A stretch of DNA of 64,000 bases from positions 74,526,001 through 74,590,000 of the forward strand of contig NC_087437.1 in NCBI RefSeq assembly GCF_036321535.1, in the 5' to 3' direction. Below the pieces are notes generated by a model. It was not told the origin of the DNA and did no database searches. It saw only the letters and a program-made list of their open reading frames with translations. Position numbers and translations under genes: made by a program. Positions within the stretch are counted from its first letter, which is position 1. Every line of letters begins with the position of its first letter. Of this stretch, positions 1 to 13,282 are shown piece by piece. Source of the DNA: Camelus dromedarius (taxonomy: Eukaryota).

Positions 1-122
1 CTGATTCCTGGATAGTGAATTTAATCCAGTTGTACAGAATATCCTTTTCCAGGTTTGGCAATTCAGGGGCCCTTGAACCTCGGTCACTGGGTGCAATCAT
101 GGTGATCAAACACAGAGCTCTT
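1..122 (-). CDS. Candidate coding exon of an unidentified minus-strand gene (runs off the window edge)
   Basis: Minus-strand acceptor ctctcatctcctgctccctAG just upstream of 122. Only the phase-2 frame is open: RALCLITMIAPSDRGSRAPELPNLEKDILYNWIKFTIQES. It contains an ACCATG at 100-98. Phase matches the 9333-9256 candidate exon. Protein not recognised. Confidence 0.45.
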
Positions 123-859
123 CTAGGGAGCAGGAGATGAGAGCAGGCCATCATGTTTGCTCAGCCTTGCCAGTCACCTGACTATCTCTTGAATAAAAGA
201 GAACACAGTGGACAAAATGGGGAGAGAGGATACTATTGACCTAGCCGAATCTGGAGGAACTCTAGGGCACTTGAGATACTAGGTGTTCCCCACGGGTCTG
301 TCTAGCTTCCTTTCCAAGTACAATCTGTATCTGTGATTGCTTGTAGCTTACTTTCTTGTCGCTCACCATTCACTTCTCGGGGTACCTAATATACCGAATT
401 ATACCCAAGGGGGTTGAGGATGGCAGGTGAAAAATCAAGCATTTGTATTTCTTGTATAAAGTTAGTAAGTGCAAACGCTTTCCTGTCCTCAGGCAAAGAT
501 CTAAATTGTGCATCAACAGGGTGATAAATAGATATGAGTATAGAAACCTCTGAAACCTTTTATAGGCCTCAAATGTCCTTGTCTGCAGGCAGGTTATAGC
601 ATCAAATATCCAAGCGGTGACTGGGGCTGGGATTAAAAATCATTTTTTTAAAGTAACGTAATAGTCCTCAGGCTAACAGAGCTGTCAACTAGGCATCCAA
701 ATAAACTGAAGGCTATCTGTTATCTACAGGATCTCCCTTACACGGCATCACTGAAATAAACCCTCTGCTATAGGTTGCCGTTCACTGCAAAATTACTGTG
801 AAAAAACACTTGCTAAGGAGAGAAAAAGAGTTGCTTTTGGCTTTTCCTTCCCATAGAAC

Positions 860-1030
860 ACTGGTAGGTATGCAAATATCATTGCTCACCGGAATCACCT
901 GGAGAGTTATGTTTTAAAACCCTGATTCTTGGGTTCTACTCCTGGAGATCCTGACTTCACTGGCCTGGTGCTCTCTCGGCATCTGCATTTACAGAGTTCT
1001 TTGGGTAAAATCAGAGCTAAGAACCCTTGC
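860..1030. mobile_element. Degenerate MER5-family hAT-Charlie MITE
   Basis: ggaatcacctggagag...aaaccctgattcttggg...ggagatcctgact...ggcatctgcattt resembles the MER5A/B consensus (recall). Confidence 0.55.
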
Positions 1031-1960
1031 TTATCGAAGCTGCCAGTAAAGGGGCCAGTCAGTCCTTTCTGTGATTGTTAGCTTGGGTGCAGGACGCCTG
1101 TTTACTAAGAAATTGGACCGAGGCGGCAATTCATTCTGTTCAGAGCACAAAATCACAATCAGTGGTTAATGGCTTTTTCGCTACAATGACCTATGCTGGA
1201 TTCAAACCAGCAATGACCTTCACTTTCCGTTGACTGTAATTAAGGTTGTCTGCCACCACCACAATCCCGTTTGGGGCTTGATTAATTCTCATAATTACCA
1301 AATGCATTTTTGCAGCTGTAGAAAAAGAAGGTCTAGGCCACCGAAAAGAGACAGAGCCGTGATGGTGAAAAATAAATAACAATAATGTTTAGTATTTATT
1401 TCATGTTTAATCGTTATTTTTTAGGCTCTTGACATTTATTAACTAGTTATTCCATATGATGTCCTGGGGAAGTAATGCAGAATTATTATTTGCATTTTAC
1501 GTCAGTCAGTGGGGCAGAAAAGTATTTTGTCAGGTCTTTGGAGCTGTAATTTTTAAATCCTTTGGTGCATGATGAAGTGTGTGGCTTCCCCTTAAAGAGA
1601 GCAATATTGGGCTGTGGTGATTCAGAGACAGTGAAACTTGCACTGATCTCAATAAATAACCTCTATCAAAGTGGACAAATTAATGATGGATTTTACGACT
1701 CCCTCATCATTATGGTCTACTTTCCCTTTTAGGGCCCACTGGTAATCTCTAAGGGATTTAAAAAGTCTCCATGTTGAGGGTAGAAAGCCAGAATCTCTTC
1801 ACCTGAATAATAACTCAAATGTTGTACTCAGAAAGCAGAGGGTATAATTTTTGACGCTCCAGACCTTGTAGAGAAACTTCCTGCCTCTTCTCACTTCCAA
1901 GTCCCAATTTCAATATCCCCAATACTCACTTCCAATCACGGAGAGCTGAACATGTAATAT

Positions 1961-2127
1961 ACTTTAAAAATTTTATTTATTTTCATTTTTGCTTCTTTTT
2001 TTTTGTTTTTGGGGGGTACGTAATTAAGTTTATTTACTTATTTTTTTAAGTAGAGGTGCTGGGGATTGGACCCAGGACCTCATGCATGCTAAGCACACAC
2101 TCTACCACTGAGCTATACTCTCTCCCT
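1961..2127 (-). mobile_element. Vic-1-type camelid tRNA-derived SINE
   Basis: Reverse complement has A box (tatagctcagtggtagag), B box (gggtccaatcccc) and an A-rich tail; 14-bp TSD tgaacatgtaatat at 1947-1960 and 2128-2141. Confidence 0.9.
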
Positions 2128-2189
2128 TGAACATGTAATATTTTTATCATGTTCCACTTAGGGGAGCTTTCCATGCTTAACACTGTGCT

Positions 2190-2360
2190 CCATATCTTTA
2201 TATACTGTAACACATTTACTCTCAAATTATGCCCTGGGTAGTGGTTACAATCCCCTCCCCAGGTTATGGGTTAGAAAGCTAAAGCTCAAAGAAATGTAGG
2301 AACTAGTACAAGATGTAACAGATAAGAACAGGGTTAAAACTCAGGTCTCTCTGACTCCAG
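2190..2360 (-). mobile_element. MIR SINE relic
   Basis: aaagctcaaagaaatgtaggaact...aaactcaggtctctctgactccag resembles the MIR core on the minus strand. Confidence 0.55.
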
Positions 2361-2984
2361 AAACCTAAAAACAAAACAAAATAAAACAAAAACCCTGTAG
2401 AAATTGTTGAAGTTTATCTTTGGGCTTCCTTATCTCTCTCTCTAAATTCCTCAGCGAATTCCCTCCACTGCAGTGACCCACTGTGTGTCTGAAACGTAGC
2501 TTCCTCTCCTTCCAAAGAAGCTCATTTGACATTCTCTTCTGTCAGACCCTCACAAACTGGCTAAATCTAACCTGCTATAGCCTAGAAAGAAACCACGCTT
2601 TGCACAGATGACAGCTTCCAAATTATAGTAGATTTACTTCCCATCTAGTTCAGGTATACAGTTTCCACTTCAGATTCCTGGATTCCAGTTGATCACAATT
2701 TCTGTCCATCATTTCCTTTTAACGTGTATTCTAGTTCCTCTGTTACTGCTTGTAGTCCAGGCTCTAGAACAGCCTTCCCTCACTCTCACCATCTCCTGCC
2801 TAATTGGTTGATTATTGCTGCTGGACCAGTAATCCCTGAATGCTCCCTTCATGTGCAATTTTCTGACTTAAAAACCCTCTATGGATCCTCATTTCTTGTC
2901 ATAGCAACTCTAAACTTTTGTATCTGGCTTTTAGTGCATCTCATATAACTTCCCCACATTATTAACATGATTTCCATTTCCTAT

Positions 2985-3130
2985 TCAATTTAATTTCAGC
3001 TTTACTAAGATCTCATAAGTTATCATTAGATCTATTAATTAGTCATTGTTGATAAGATCACTAGTGAATTACTAATTTTTAGATCTTAATAATTTATTAG
3101 TTACTAATTTTAGATATCATAATTAACTTA
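2985..3130. repeat. AT-rich degenerate tandem/low-complexity repeat
   Basis: Recurring ttactaattt(t)tagat(c) and tagatc units. Confidence 0.5.
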
Positions 3131-3555
3131 TTGTGGTGGCATGCAGGATTGTCCAGGGAATGATCATAGGTGACTCTGAGTTGCCTGGCAACGAGCAAGA
3201 AGGGACCAGCGGCTCCTACTCCCAGTGAAAAAGGCTTCACATGCTATCTACTTCCCCCAAGGTTTCCAGGAGTTGGATAGCAGCCATTTCCAGGATCTCT
3301 CAAAGAAATCTCATTCAAGGTCAAGCAGTTGGACACCCAAACTCAGGCTGTTCCCCTTACAGGCTACTCTCACAGTTGCCCTACACAAAGACAGCAACAT
3401 GAGGTGGGGCCACTGTCCTAGAGAAGAGACTTGGTACATACAGCTGCCCCCGACTCGAACTTGCCTCTGAATAGGATGCTGTGTGAATGAAGAGTGCTGG
3501 CATCAGCAGATTTTTTAATGGAGAAATGGACATGATCATGTTCAATAATTCAAAA

Positions 3556-3990
3556 TGTAACGGGGAAGAACCTTTGTGTTCTATTACAAGCTAATCACTA
3601 AAGGGATGTTGCTTATAAGCTTGAATTATACGTAATGGCCCATCTCTGGGAACCCTGCTGCCCAGGTAATGAGCGTTAAGCTAAAACACCTTTGTTTAGC
3701 TCACAGGAAGTATCATGACCTGGCCCATCTGTGAATGGCTGCAGGAAGGAAGAAATTAACACATATCCTCCAGAGTCTGGCCAGAACCAGGACTCTACCC
3801 TCTTCTCTTTCAGTATAAAAGAAGCCTGAATTCTAACTCGGGGAAGATGGTTCTTTGGGATATTAGTCCAACATGTTCTCGGTCTCCTGACTTTACAAAT
3901 AAAGGCACTATTCCTTGCCCCAGCAACTCAAGTTTCTCAGTTTATTGGCCTGTCATGTGGTGAGCGGTATAAGCTTGGACTCGGTAATCA
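3556..3990 (+). mobile_element. Solo ERV1-class LTR (MER34/MER41-group-like)
   Basis: Starts TGTAAC, has TATAAAA (~3814) and AATAAA (~3898), and ends ...attggcctgtcatgtggtgagc...gcttggactcggtaa(t)ca, like MER34-type U5 ends (recall). Confidence 0.75.
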
Positions 3991-4629
3991 AAACATCAGA
4001 TTAATAATCGAAGACCTCAGAAACTGCACTATCCAAGAACTATCCAAAATAAGTTTAAGTTAGAACAGCAAGGTGAACTCTGCTGATTTAAAAGCTTCTG
4101 TAGTTTCTGCAGTTATTACTGGAGCTTCACACAGATAGCAGCTTCAGAACTACAGCAGATTGACTTTCCATCAAGTTCAGGTATAAAGTTTCCAATTCAG
4201 AAAGTCAAAAAGAAAGGACACGATGAGTAGTGAACAAAAATAAAGGCAAAGCAGTAAATAAATAGAGTCCCAGATGAGCTTAAACCTAAAACTCTTGGCA
4301 CCTACAAGAGCTAGAGTAAAAAGAAAGATGGAGAGAGAAACAGAGACAGAGAGGGAGGGAGGAAGATTCACTTCAGATCATATTGGGGTGAATGAGGCAG
4401 AAAAATTGATATTGAGCTGTAAAACAGTCTATATACTGATGACGTATAAAGAGCCATACAACAGACTGTAAGACAAAGATGATGTAGAAAGAATAGGAAC
4501 AACAGCAATAGTAGGAAACATATTTACTGAGGGCAAACTGTGCACCATACAGGGTGAAACTACTTTACATGGATTATTTCATTTAATCTTTAAGACAAAT
4601 CTACACGATAGCTACAGCTCTTTTTCCTG

Positions 4630-4988
4630 ATTTCAGTTTTTCTATTTTGCATACAATTTTAAAATGTTACACTCCATTTATAGCTATTACCAAATACTGG
4701 CTATATTCCCCACATTGTACAATACACCTTTGTAGCCCATCTTACACTTAGTAGTTTGTACCTCCCACTCTCCTGCCCCTGTATTACCCACTAGTTTGTT
4801 CTCTGTATCTGTGACTGCTTCTTTACTGTTATATTCAGTAGTTTGTTGTAATATTTAGACTCCACATATAAGCAATATCATATAGTAGCTGTCTTTCTCT
4901 GACTTATTTCACTTAGCATAATGGCCTCCAAGTTCATCTATGTTGCTACAAATGGCAAAATTTCATTCTTTTTTATAGCTGAGTAGTA

Positions 4989-5034
<46 letters not shown>

Positions 5035-5450
5035 CATATCTTCTTTATCCGTTCATCTGTTGGTGAACACTTAGGTTGTTTCCATGTCTTGGCTATTGTA
5101 AATAATACTTCTATGAACACTGAGGTACATGTATCTTTTCAAATGAGTGTTTTTCTTTTTTTGGATATATTCCCAAGAGTGGAATTGCTAGGTCATACAG
5201 TAGTTCTATTTTTATTTTTTTGAGAAACCTCTATACAATTTTTTACAATGGCTGCATCAATCTACATGCCCAGTAACAGTGTATGGGCTCCCCTTTTCTC
5301 CATATTCTCATTAATATTTGTTATTTGTGTTCTCTTTGATGATGGCCATTCTGACAGGTGTGAGGTGACATCTCATTGCAGTTTTGATTTGCATCTCTGG
5401 TAATTAGCAATATTGAGCATCTTTTCATGTGATTGGTGGCCATCTGCATT
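4630..5450 (-). mobile_element. 5'-truncated L1 3' end (ORF2 C-terminus plus 3' UTR), inserted in a MIR
   Basis: Minus ORF 4938-5120 reads [17 protein letters not shown]...YYSAIKKNEILPF (L1 ORF2 tail); MIR pieces flank it at ~4500-4620 and ~5465-5640. Confidence 0.85.
4992..5031 (+). repeat. (CA)20 microsatellite
   Basis: Perfect CA dinucleotide run inside the L1 fragment. Confidence 0.95.
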
Positions 5451-8400
5451 TTAAAAAATTTTTTTGGCAAAGAAACTAAGGTTAAAAGAGCTTAAGCATT
5501 TGGTGTACACTTTTCAACCAAGAAAAAAGATTAAAGGGAGGAGGGGTGGATAAGTCATTTACCGGTGGTCACACAAACAGCAAACGGCAAGAGGCAGAAT
5601 TTGAATCCAGCTCTTTTGATTCCAGGTCACATGCTTCTGGCCAGTATATAAACGTACATGCTAATTTAATGGACCCAGGCTGCAACTACTGCCTCCTAGT
5701 TGTTTTTTTTCCCCTATACTACAGAAACCCACTGGGAGTTGTCTCTGATCCTCTCGTTTGCAAGTTGTGTGGGAGAGAATAAATAAATGGATTTGACAGA
5801 AGAGGTGGCATTGACACAGTCCTTCACCTTCAGTTAATTAGAAGCAAGCATGCAGGACAGAAGAGATAGTCAAGGTATTGGAAAGAAATCAGACTTAACT
5901 GCTCCGGGTTACAGAACACTCTGCTGTGATGATGGGCTGTGACTCAGGCGGCGTGGAGAGGGCAGAGCTGCAGTGCTCACGGGACTTTTACTGATGTAAC
6001 ATCACAAGCAGCTTTTAAATCAGGATGCTTTCTTCCTGAACCGTGAATAAAAGAAAGCTAAAACACTGAAAATGAGAGCCATTAAATGTCAGAAAATTAC
6101 ACTTTATTTAATGTTTTCAGTCAGTCAGGCAGACTATCGGTTAACAAATATTTATGAAGAGCTAGGTCTCTATGAGGATCTCTGAAGGCTGTGGAGAACA
6201 TATAAATACGTAAAACACAGCCTGTCCTCAAGGACCTTATAGCTAGGGAGGCGTTATCTGGCACAATGTACCAGACTGTGCACAATATAAAGACCTAACA
6301 ATCCAGCAAGCCGCATGAACCCTTTTGGTCCACCTGATTCCCCACTGTCTAGTACCACACTCAGTGCATCCACGCCGGCCTAGCTTCATTTAGTAGTATG
6401 TGTTGAACACACTACGCTGAGTAGGCATCTTTGCTTCCCAGGAATAACCAACTGTAATATCATAAACTAAGATATAATTTTCCTTCCTCTCATTGTTTTC
6501 TTTCAAGTGCCATAGATACAGAAAGATCATTTTAAGAAAAGTTTACATAAATCTTGCAATTGGTTTAAAATCATGCAAGCCACTGATGTCCCCTCTCAAT
6601 CCATCTTTTTCAGCAATATGCCTCACAATTTCTCCAGTCCACTCACTTCTTTTTTCTACTTTTTCGATAATAAATGCAATGTTTGGTAAGGGAAAGGATA
6701 ATCACACACTGGAAATACTCTTACAGCTTCTATTCCTCCTCCTCCCCAAAATTGAAATATCAAAATTTTTTAAATTCAGAAGGGCAAGGGCTGGTTTTGG
6801 CTGGTTGGCTTTCCTTAAGGTAACTGATTTATTTTAGGTTATGGGCATTTGAATGAGGACATAATTTCATGACTCTCTCTGGAAGACAGCAGATTTAGCT
6901 AAGTATTGAAACTACCATGTAAATTTTCAAGTCTACAGGGTCAAACCACTAAAGAAACAAGGTTACCAGGCAGACTTCACTCTAGGGCCAGTGCACTGCT
7001 GGAAACAAACAAATCAAAAGGCATAAAACATTTGATCATAAGGGAAACACATATTAGGTTATAATAAAGTGCTCCCATTCACTAAATGCCTACTCTATCC
7101 CAGACACTATGTTAATTGCTTTGCTCTGAGTTTAGCACATTGCAGGTTCTTAATAAGCATTGGTTGATTTAACATCTTATTTTTAACCTTACTAAGAAAC
7201 CTTCATGTAACTTTTATTAGTTCCATTGTCCATGAGAGAAAATCAGGTCAAATAGCTAATAAATTGTGTCTAAGCATTTTTCTCTATGCTGAGCTACCCC
7301 TCACCAGGCAAAAAGAAATCTGATGATTCTGCATTGAATATAAAATACAAAAATTGACTTCGTTTTTTGTAATTTGAATGTCCTTAAACTGAGCATTTGA
7401 AAGCCTCCTCTAAATTGCAAGCATATAGAAAATACTGCATACATCATTCTGCATGCATAACTGAGTGGTTAAAAATGCAATTACTTGACCTTCCATTGTT
7501 GTGGATTTGCACACACACAATTTTGAGGTCCTCTGAATGAGAGAGTAAGACATCAAAAATATTACTTAACTTGATAATTATTATCATAGCAAACAATGTA
7601 AAATTGTATTTCCAGTTGAATTAATTTACAATCATAGAAGATTATATATATAATATATGAAAAGAGATGATTACATGTATATAGAATGTGTTATAAGGTG
7701 TATTATACATATATAATGTATATACGAAGAGAGAGAACAAAGGGACACTTGACACTTGGCCTCTACAGTCTTTTCTACATCTAACACTTTAGGATGTAAA
7801 TTGCCAATGATATACAATTATACCCACTTTTATTTATTTTATTGGAAACAAATTTGACATACTTTCTTCCTTCTTCTTATTCCTAAACCTATACAGTACC
7901 CTATTGTCCCTAAAAATCATGTCATCAGTTCTAAGAATCAGTTTAATTGGTGGCAAATCATTACTGATATTTTTACACTGGAGATGGAAAAATTACTATA
8001 GGGAACATTTATGATGGACCAAGATCTTGAATCAAATGAGGAAAACATAAACATATGAAAACAGAAACAACCTGCTTCAACACCAGGATGTACATCCTAA
8101 AAATTAAAATTAAAAATGTTTTTGATTACTCTTATTTCTAATGCACTGTCACAGCTGTGAGCTGACAACTACATATTATGATATATAAGAATAGGTATTT
8201 CAAATATAAAACAAATCATATGCACATTTTATTTCTACAGAAGTTCGACTTTTTATTTTAAAATATTTATATTAAATCTAAACATAGAAAAAAATCAAAT
8301 ATTAAGTATAATATAGTATTAGATTATCTGTATTTGAATTTTATTTACCAGTAATTGAGGCAGAAAGAGTATACATCAATGGAATCTATTTATATTCCTC

Positions 8401-8699
8401 TATATTATTTGTGGGGTTTGGATTGACCTTAATAAATTAAATATTATGAATATGTTAGCCCTCAGAAACAAGAATAAAGAGGATATAGATATTCTCTTGA
8501 AAATCTGTGACCTTGTTTGCTTGAAAGATTCAGTAACTGTCATAGCCATGCCAGTCTGAATGATGGATATTTTTAAATGCACCAGGGGACACACAGCAGA
8601 ATCCTTCATTGAAAGCAGCAATGGTTTTACATAAAATCTGCCCAATGCAGACAGCATTCCTGAGAGTTAGCAGTCAGCCAGGAATGCGGGGAGAAAGAC

Positions 8700-8880
8700 A
8701 GGACGGTCAAGGCAAAGAATCCTGGGTCTGAAGTCCTCTCTACAACTTAGTGAACATGGGGCTTTGGGCAAGTTATTTCATTGCTCAAAGCCTCAATTTC
8801 CTCATTGGTAAAATAAGGCTAATAACCCAAAACCTAAAGAGTTACGATGGGAAAAAGAGGCATCTTGATAGACATTCCAT
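8700..8880 (+). mobile_element. MIR SINE relic
   Basis: cctgggtctgaagtcc...tttgggcaagttatttcattgctcaaagcctcaatttcctcattggtaaaataagg matches the MIR core. Confidence 0.7.
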
Positions 8881-9255
8881 TCAATGTACAACTAAGCCTT
8901 CAGGGTGGGAATCTGTAAACTGCAGCTTAACTTTCCACATGACACAGGCTTCACGTGTGCTCTTTGTCAACGTGTTGCAGAGTCTCTCCATGTGACACAT
9001 CACCTCCGTCGTAAGTAGAAGGTGAGCACTTCTTGGCATAATAAATCTGTAGATTTATACTGCATATTACAACATTTACTTTTATTATGATTTATAATTT
9101 TGAAGAAGAATTACAGTTTTTCCTACAAGAGTTCGGTTAGGTGAAATAGTTCCATGAGATTTGCAGTTTTGAAGTGGAACAGGGGGACGGGAAGAAGCAA
9201 ATAGTCCAAACCACACCAAGTGACCTTCAGTAAGTACCCAGAGCTATTGAATTAC

Positions 9256-9333
9256 CTGCTTTCAGTAGGACGGGGAAGCCTCTGATAAACATTCAGCACT
9301 TTTATTAGAGAGTCCCTTGAAAGGTTTAATTCC
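9256..9333 (-). CDS. Candidate 78-nt coding exon (phase 2-2) of an unidentified minus-strand gene
   Basis: Acceptor ttgttttatttctcacAG, donor CAG|GTAATT. Length is a multiple of 3, and only one frame is open: ELNLSRDSLIKVLNVYQRLPRPTES. Confidence 0.5.
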
Positions 9334-10384
9334 CTGTGAGAAATAAAACAACTTTCATCTCAAAACCTGAGAAACGTAATGCACGTCGAATTCTGATCCA
9401 CAAACACATTGATCCACCAGCATCTCTAATCGAGGTGTTGAGCATTTCACCTTTTCACTTGCATTTACTTATTTATCTTGTTTACATAGTGACTGTATTG
9501 TTTCCTTCTCACCTAAGAATGAAAACTGGCAGCTCATTAAAGCCGGTAAACCAGAGGCACTAAAGGCAACACCACCAAAAAAGGAACAATTACCCACAGT
9601 AAACAAAAAGTTTTCTCTGAGAGCTACATGAAACAGCCTACTTTTGATAGCTTTCATGCTCTGTCAACTTCCAGGCAGGCCATTAGAGGAGGATGGAGGA
9701 GAATGAAGGCACAGAGACCTCAAAGCACTTGGCGGGTTCTCCATAACGAGCTTCCTGTGGAAGTCTCCAGCAGTCACGGCCAGCTCCAGTAACGGGCCCC
9801 TGGTGAATGTGAGATTCCTGATCCACATGTGTTGTTCCACACAGCTGCAGAGGGAAGAAAGGGACCCCAAAAAATCCCCGCCTTTTAGACAGCTCCTTAA
9901 AGGCAAGGTCCAAGACATGATTCATCTCTGTGTCCCCAGCTCCCAGCCAGGATTAGGTGTTTATAGAATCAATTTGAAAATGATTATGTTTTTGAGCATG
10001 TTAGATAAAAAATCTTTTAAATGACTTATTTATGAAGCATATTTTCCCCCTGACCGAACTATGTCAATTCCAGTGACTGTGTTAATCCATATTGATCCTT
10101 GAACCTCCTCCACCAGATACATGTGCACTTGCTATAATCTAATCTTGTCACCTGCTTATCCTCATAGTTAACTAAGTAACCACTCACTTGCAGAGTTCCT
10201 TGCCAGTCCAGATGCTTTGACTACTTTCAGCCCTATCTAGGTCATTCCAGGAGCCAGCCTCTAAGATTATTCTTGATCCCCTCTTCCTAAATGGTACAGG
10301 AAAATGGAACCTAAGAACATTCTCCCAATAAGGTGGAGCCTGGATGTACACTCTCTAGCTGGCTCCAGCTACCTCCAGGTGACT

Positions 10385-10636
10385 TTTTTTGGTTGGCTTT
10401 TTTAGTATTATTATTGAAGTATAGTCAGTTTACAATGCTGTGTCAATTTCTGGTGTACAGCATAATGTTTCATTCATAAATATACATACATATATTCAGT
10501 TTCATATTCTTTTTCATTATATGTTACTACAAGATATTGAATGTAGTTCCCTGTGCTATACAGTATAAACCCGTTGTTTTTCTATTTTATGTATAGCAGT
10601 TAGTATCTGCAAATCTCGAACTCCCAATTTATCCCT
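10385..10636 (-). mobile_element. Short L1 3'-end fragment
   Basis: Reverse complement gggataaattgggagttcgagatttgc...ctgtatagcacagggaactacattcaatatcttgtag is an L1 3' UTR similar to the young L1 at 42600-42700; T-rich tail on the left. Confidence 0.8.
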
Positions 10637-11180
10637 AAGGACTGCAGCATCAGCAGGAACGTGAACATTCTCACCAGCAGCCTTCTTTTCAGACTCATCT
10701 GCCCCACTTCCACACACCCACCACTAAAGCTCTGGAAGAACTTTATGTCCTCCACGCTTGGACTCCGCTTGGGGTTGAGTTTCTTTATTTGCAGCAGTTT
10801 GGCTTTTGAGTGGAAGCAGCAGCCAGTAAAGGAGGCAATAATGTCCCACAGGTCAAGGCCGAGCAGCAGCACTGAAGCCCAGGCACCAAGACCTAGTGGG
10901 CTGCTCTTTGTTAAAGGGGCTGAAGGCGGTCACGGCCAGTGCCTGTGAGAGCCCCATCACTCTGCCATGAGCAGGTGGTGTTTCAGAAGATTGAGGTCTC
11001 AGATATTATGCTAAGAGGATCTGGGTCAGCCACTGCTGGCTGCGTTGTGTGCATCAACAAATTCTCTCAACAGGCAGAGAAGCACCTGCTACCATCACAA
11101 ATGCCACTGTGATGAAGCAATTCTACTCAATGATGCCATGGCCAAGACCCAGATTAAGTTCCCCTGAAAGGTGACATTTT

Positions 11181-12177
11181 TTAAGGGTTAATTTTTACAG
11201 GAGTTTCAGGTTCGCAGCAAAATTAAGAGGAAGCGATTTCCCATAGAACCCCTGCCCCTACATGTGCATAACCTTCCTCATTATCAACCTTCCCCACCAG
11301 ACTGGTCCATTGCTGTACCTGATGAGCCTACACTGACATCATGATCACCCAAAGTTCACAGTCTACCGTAGATTCACTCTTGGTGTTGTACATTCTGTGG
11401 GTTTGGACAAGTGTATGATGACATATATCCACAATTACATAATTATGAAATTACATAATTTTCACTGCCCTAAAAAAAAAATCCTCTGTGCTCTGCCTGT
11501 TCATCCTTCTTCTCTACCCGCTAACTCCTGGCAACCACTAATCTTTTTACTGTCTCCATAGCTTTTGCCTTTTCCAGAATATATAGTTGGAATCCTACAG
11601 TGTGCAGCCTTTTCAAATTGGCTCCTTTTACTTAGCAATGTGCATTTAAGGTTTTTCCATGTCTTTTTATGGCTTGATGGCTCTTTTCTTTTTAGCACTG
11701 AATAATATTCCACTGTCTGGATGTACCAAAGTTTCTTTATCCGTTCACCTACTGACAGACATCTCAGTCACTTCCAAGTTTTGGCAATGATGAATAAAAG
11801 TGCTGTTAACATCCATGTGCAGGCTTTTGTGTAAACATAATTTTTTAACTGCTTTGAGTAAATACCAAGGAGCATGATCGCTGGATCATACAGTAAGAAT
11901 ACATGTAGTTTTGTAAGAAACCACCCAACTGGCTCCCTCCCAAAGGGGCTGTAGCATTTTGCATTCCCACCAGCAATAAGTGAAAGAGTGGCTGTTGCTC
12001 CACATCCTTGTCAGCATTGGATGCTGCCAGTGTTCTGGACTTTGGCCATTCTGATGGGTGTGTAGTAATACCTCCTTGTTGTTTTCATGTGCATTTCCCT
12101 GATGACATATGATGTAAAGCATCTTTTAATACGCTTATGTGTCATCTGTATATCTTCTTTGGTTTGGTGTCTATTAT
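11181..12177 (-). mobile_element. 5'-truncated L1MB-type 3' end with TSD
   Basis: ORF remnants MEYYSVLKRKE... and CWWECK...QPLW; TSD aaaggtgacatttt (11167-11180) / aaaagtgacatttt (12178-12191). Confidence 0.85.
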
Positions 12178-12269
12178 AAAAGTGACATTTTAATTAAACT
12201 TAAAATAATTATTTTCAAGAAATAATGCAATAAGCCAAATCCATCCCTTATCATCTATCTTTAAAGTCA

Positions 12270-12760
12270 TCTCTCTGAGCCAAAACAACTTTGGAAAGGG
12301 AGAACATAGAGCATGAATACATTCTGATTTTAAGACTTATAAAGGTCCTGTGGTCAAGACAATGTGGTACTGGCATAAAGGAAGGCACACAGTGAAAAAG
12401 AATCTATTCAACAAGTAGTGGTGGAATAATTGATATCCATAGGCAAAAAAAAAGAAAACTTTGGTGTATATATCATATCCTAAACAGGGAAAATATAGTC
12501 CATACTATATAATTCCATAAATGCAAACTAATGACCAGAAGCAGATGAGCCATTTCCCAGGGAGTGGGTAATGAGGAAGGAAGAGCAGAAGCAAAGGATC
12601 ATTACCAAGGGGCATGAGGAAATGTTGGGGGTAAAGTTTCACTGTCTTGATCGTGGTGATGGTTTCACATATATCAAAACCTATCAAACTGTACATTTTA
12701 AGTGAAGGTTGTTACATGTCAGTTATACTTCAATAAAGCTATTGTTTAAAAAGCAAACAA
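12270..12760 (+). mobile_element. Fragmented ancient L1 (ORF2 tail plus 3' UTR)
   Basis: gtcaagacaatgtggtactggcataaag (KTxWYW-like motif), then ...ctgtcttgatcgtggtgatggtttcac...cttcaataaagct. Confidence 0.65.
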
Positions 12761-13282
12761 AAAATCATTACTTTATTTAAGAAAAGTACCTGTTTCCTTA
12801 CAAAAGAAAGAAATAGATGAGGAAGATGGGGAGATGTCCACAGCATATTGCTCAGCCTGAAAACAAGGTTCACAGCCATAGTACTGCTAATAATAGCAAA
12901 CTCATAAACACTTTTTTGCAGCAGATACTCTTCTAAGTGCTTTATGTATAATAGTTCATTTATTCTTGCTAATATTCATGCGAGGTGGCATGATTACTTT
13001 ATACTTCTGCAAACAAAGGAACTGGGCATGTCCCCATCACACAGCCAATAACGTACGAATGAGGGTTGTTTAATCTGGCAGGCAGGTCCTAGTTTGAGCT
13101 CTTAACTAGTACACTTGACTGCAAGATTCCACTTGTATAAAATAACTGTGCAGTTAAGGGCAATGTATGTAAATAAGGGAGAGAGAGTGAAATATGGAAA
13201 AGGTACTTCTGAAAGGGAATCTGACTCTTTAATGTCAATACTATCATCTAGTTTGAATCTTGTTTGAATGTTCGAAAGCAAT

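Noticed and set aside
1191..1382. Minus-strand ORF with a good acceptor near 1315
   Set aside because: Its long open frame is phase 1 and does not fit between the two phase-2 candidate exons; donors are ambiguous
1961..2127. tRNA-like sequence in the SINE heads (also 18558, 25919, 45163, 61897)
   Set aside because: These are SINE copies with AT-rich tails and TSDs, not tRNA genes
3640..3715. GAS/STAT-like motifs in the ERV1 LTR (ctctgggaa, ctcacaggaa)
   Set aside because: Neither matches TTCNNNGAA exactly, and the LTR subfamily is uncertain
8400..8660. Minus-strand ORF with a possible acceptor at ~8660
   Set aside because: Short pyrimidine tract, weak donor, no consistent frame with neighbouring candidates
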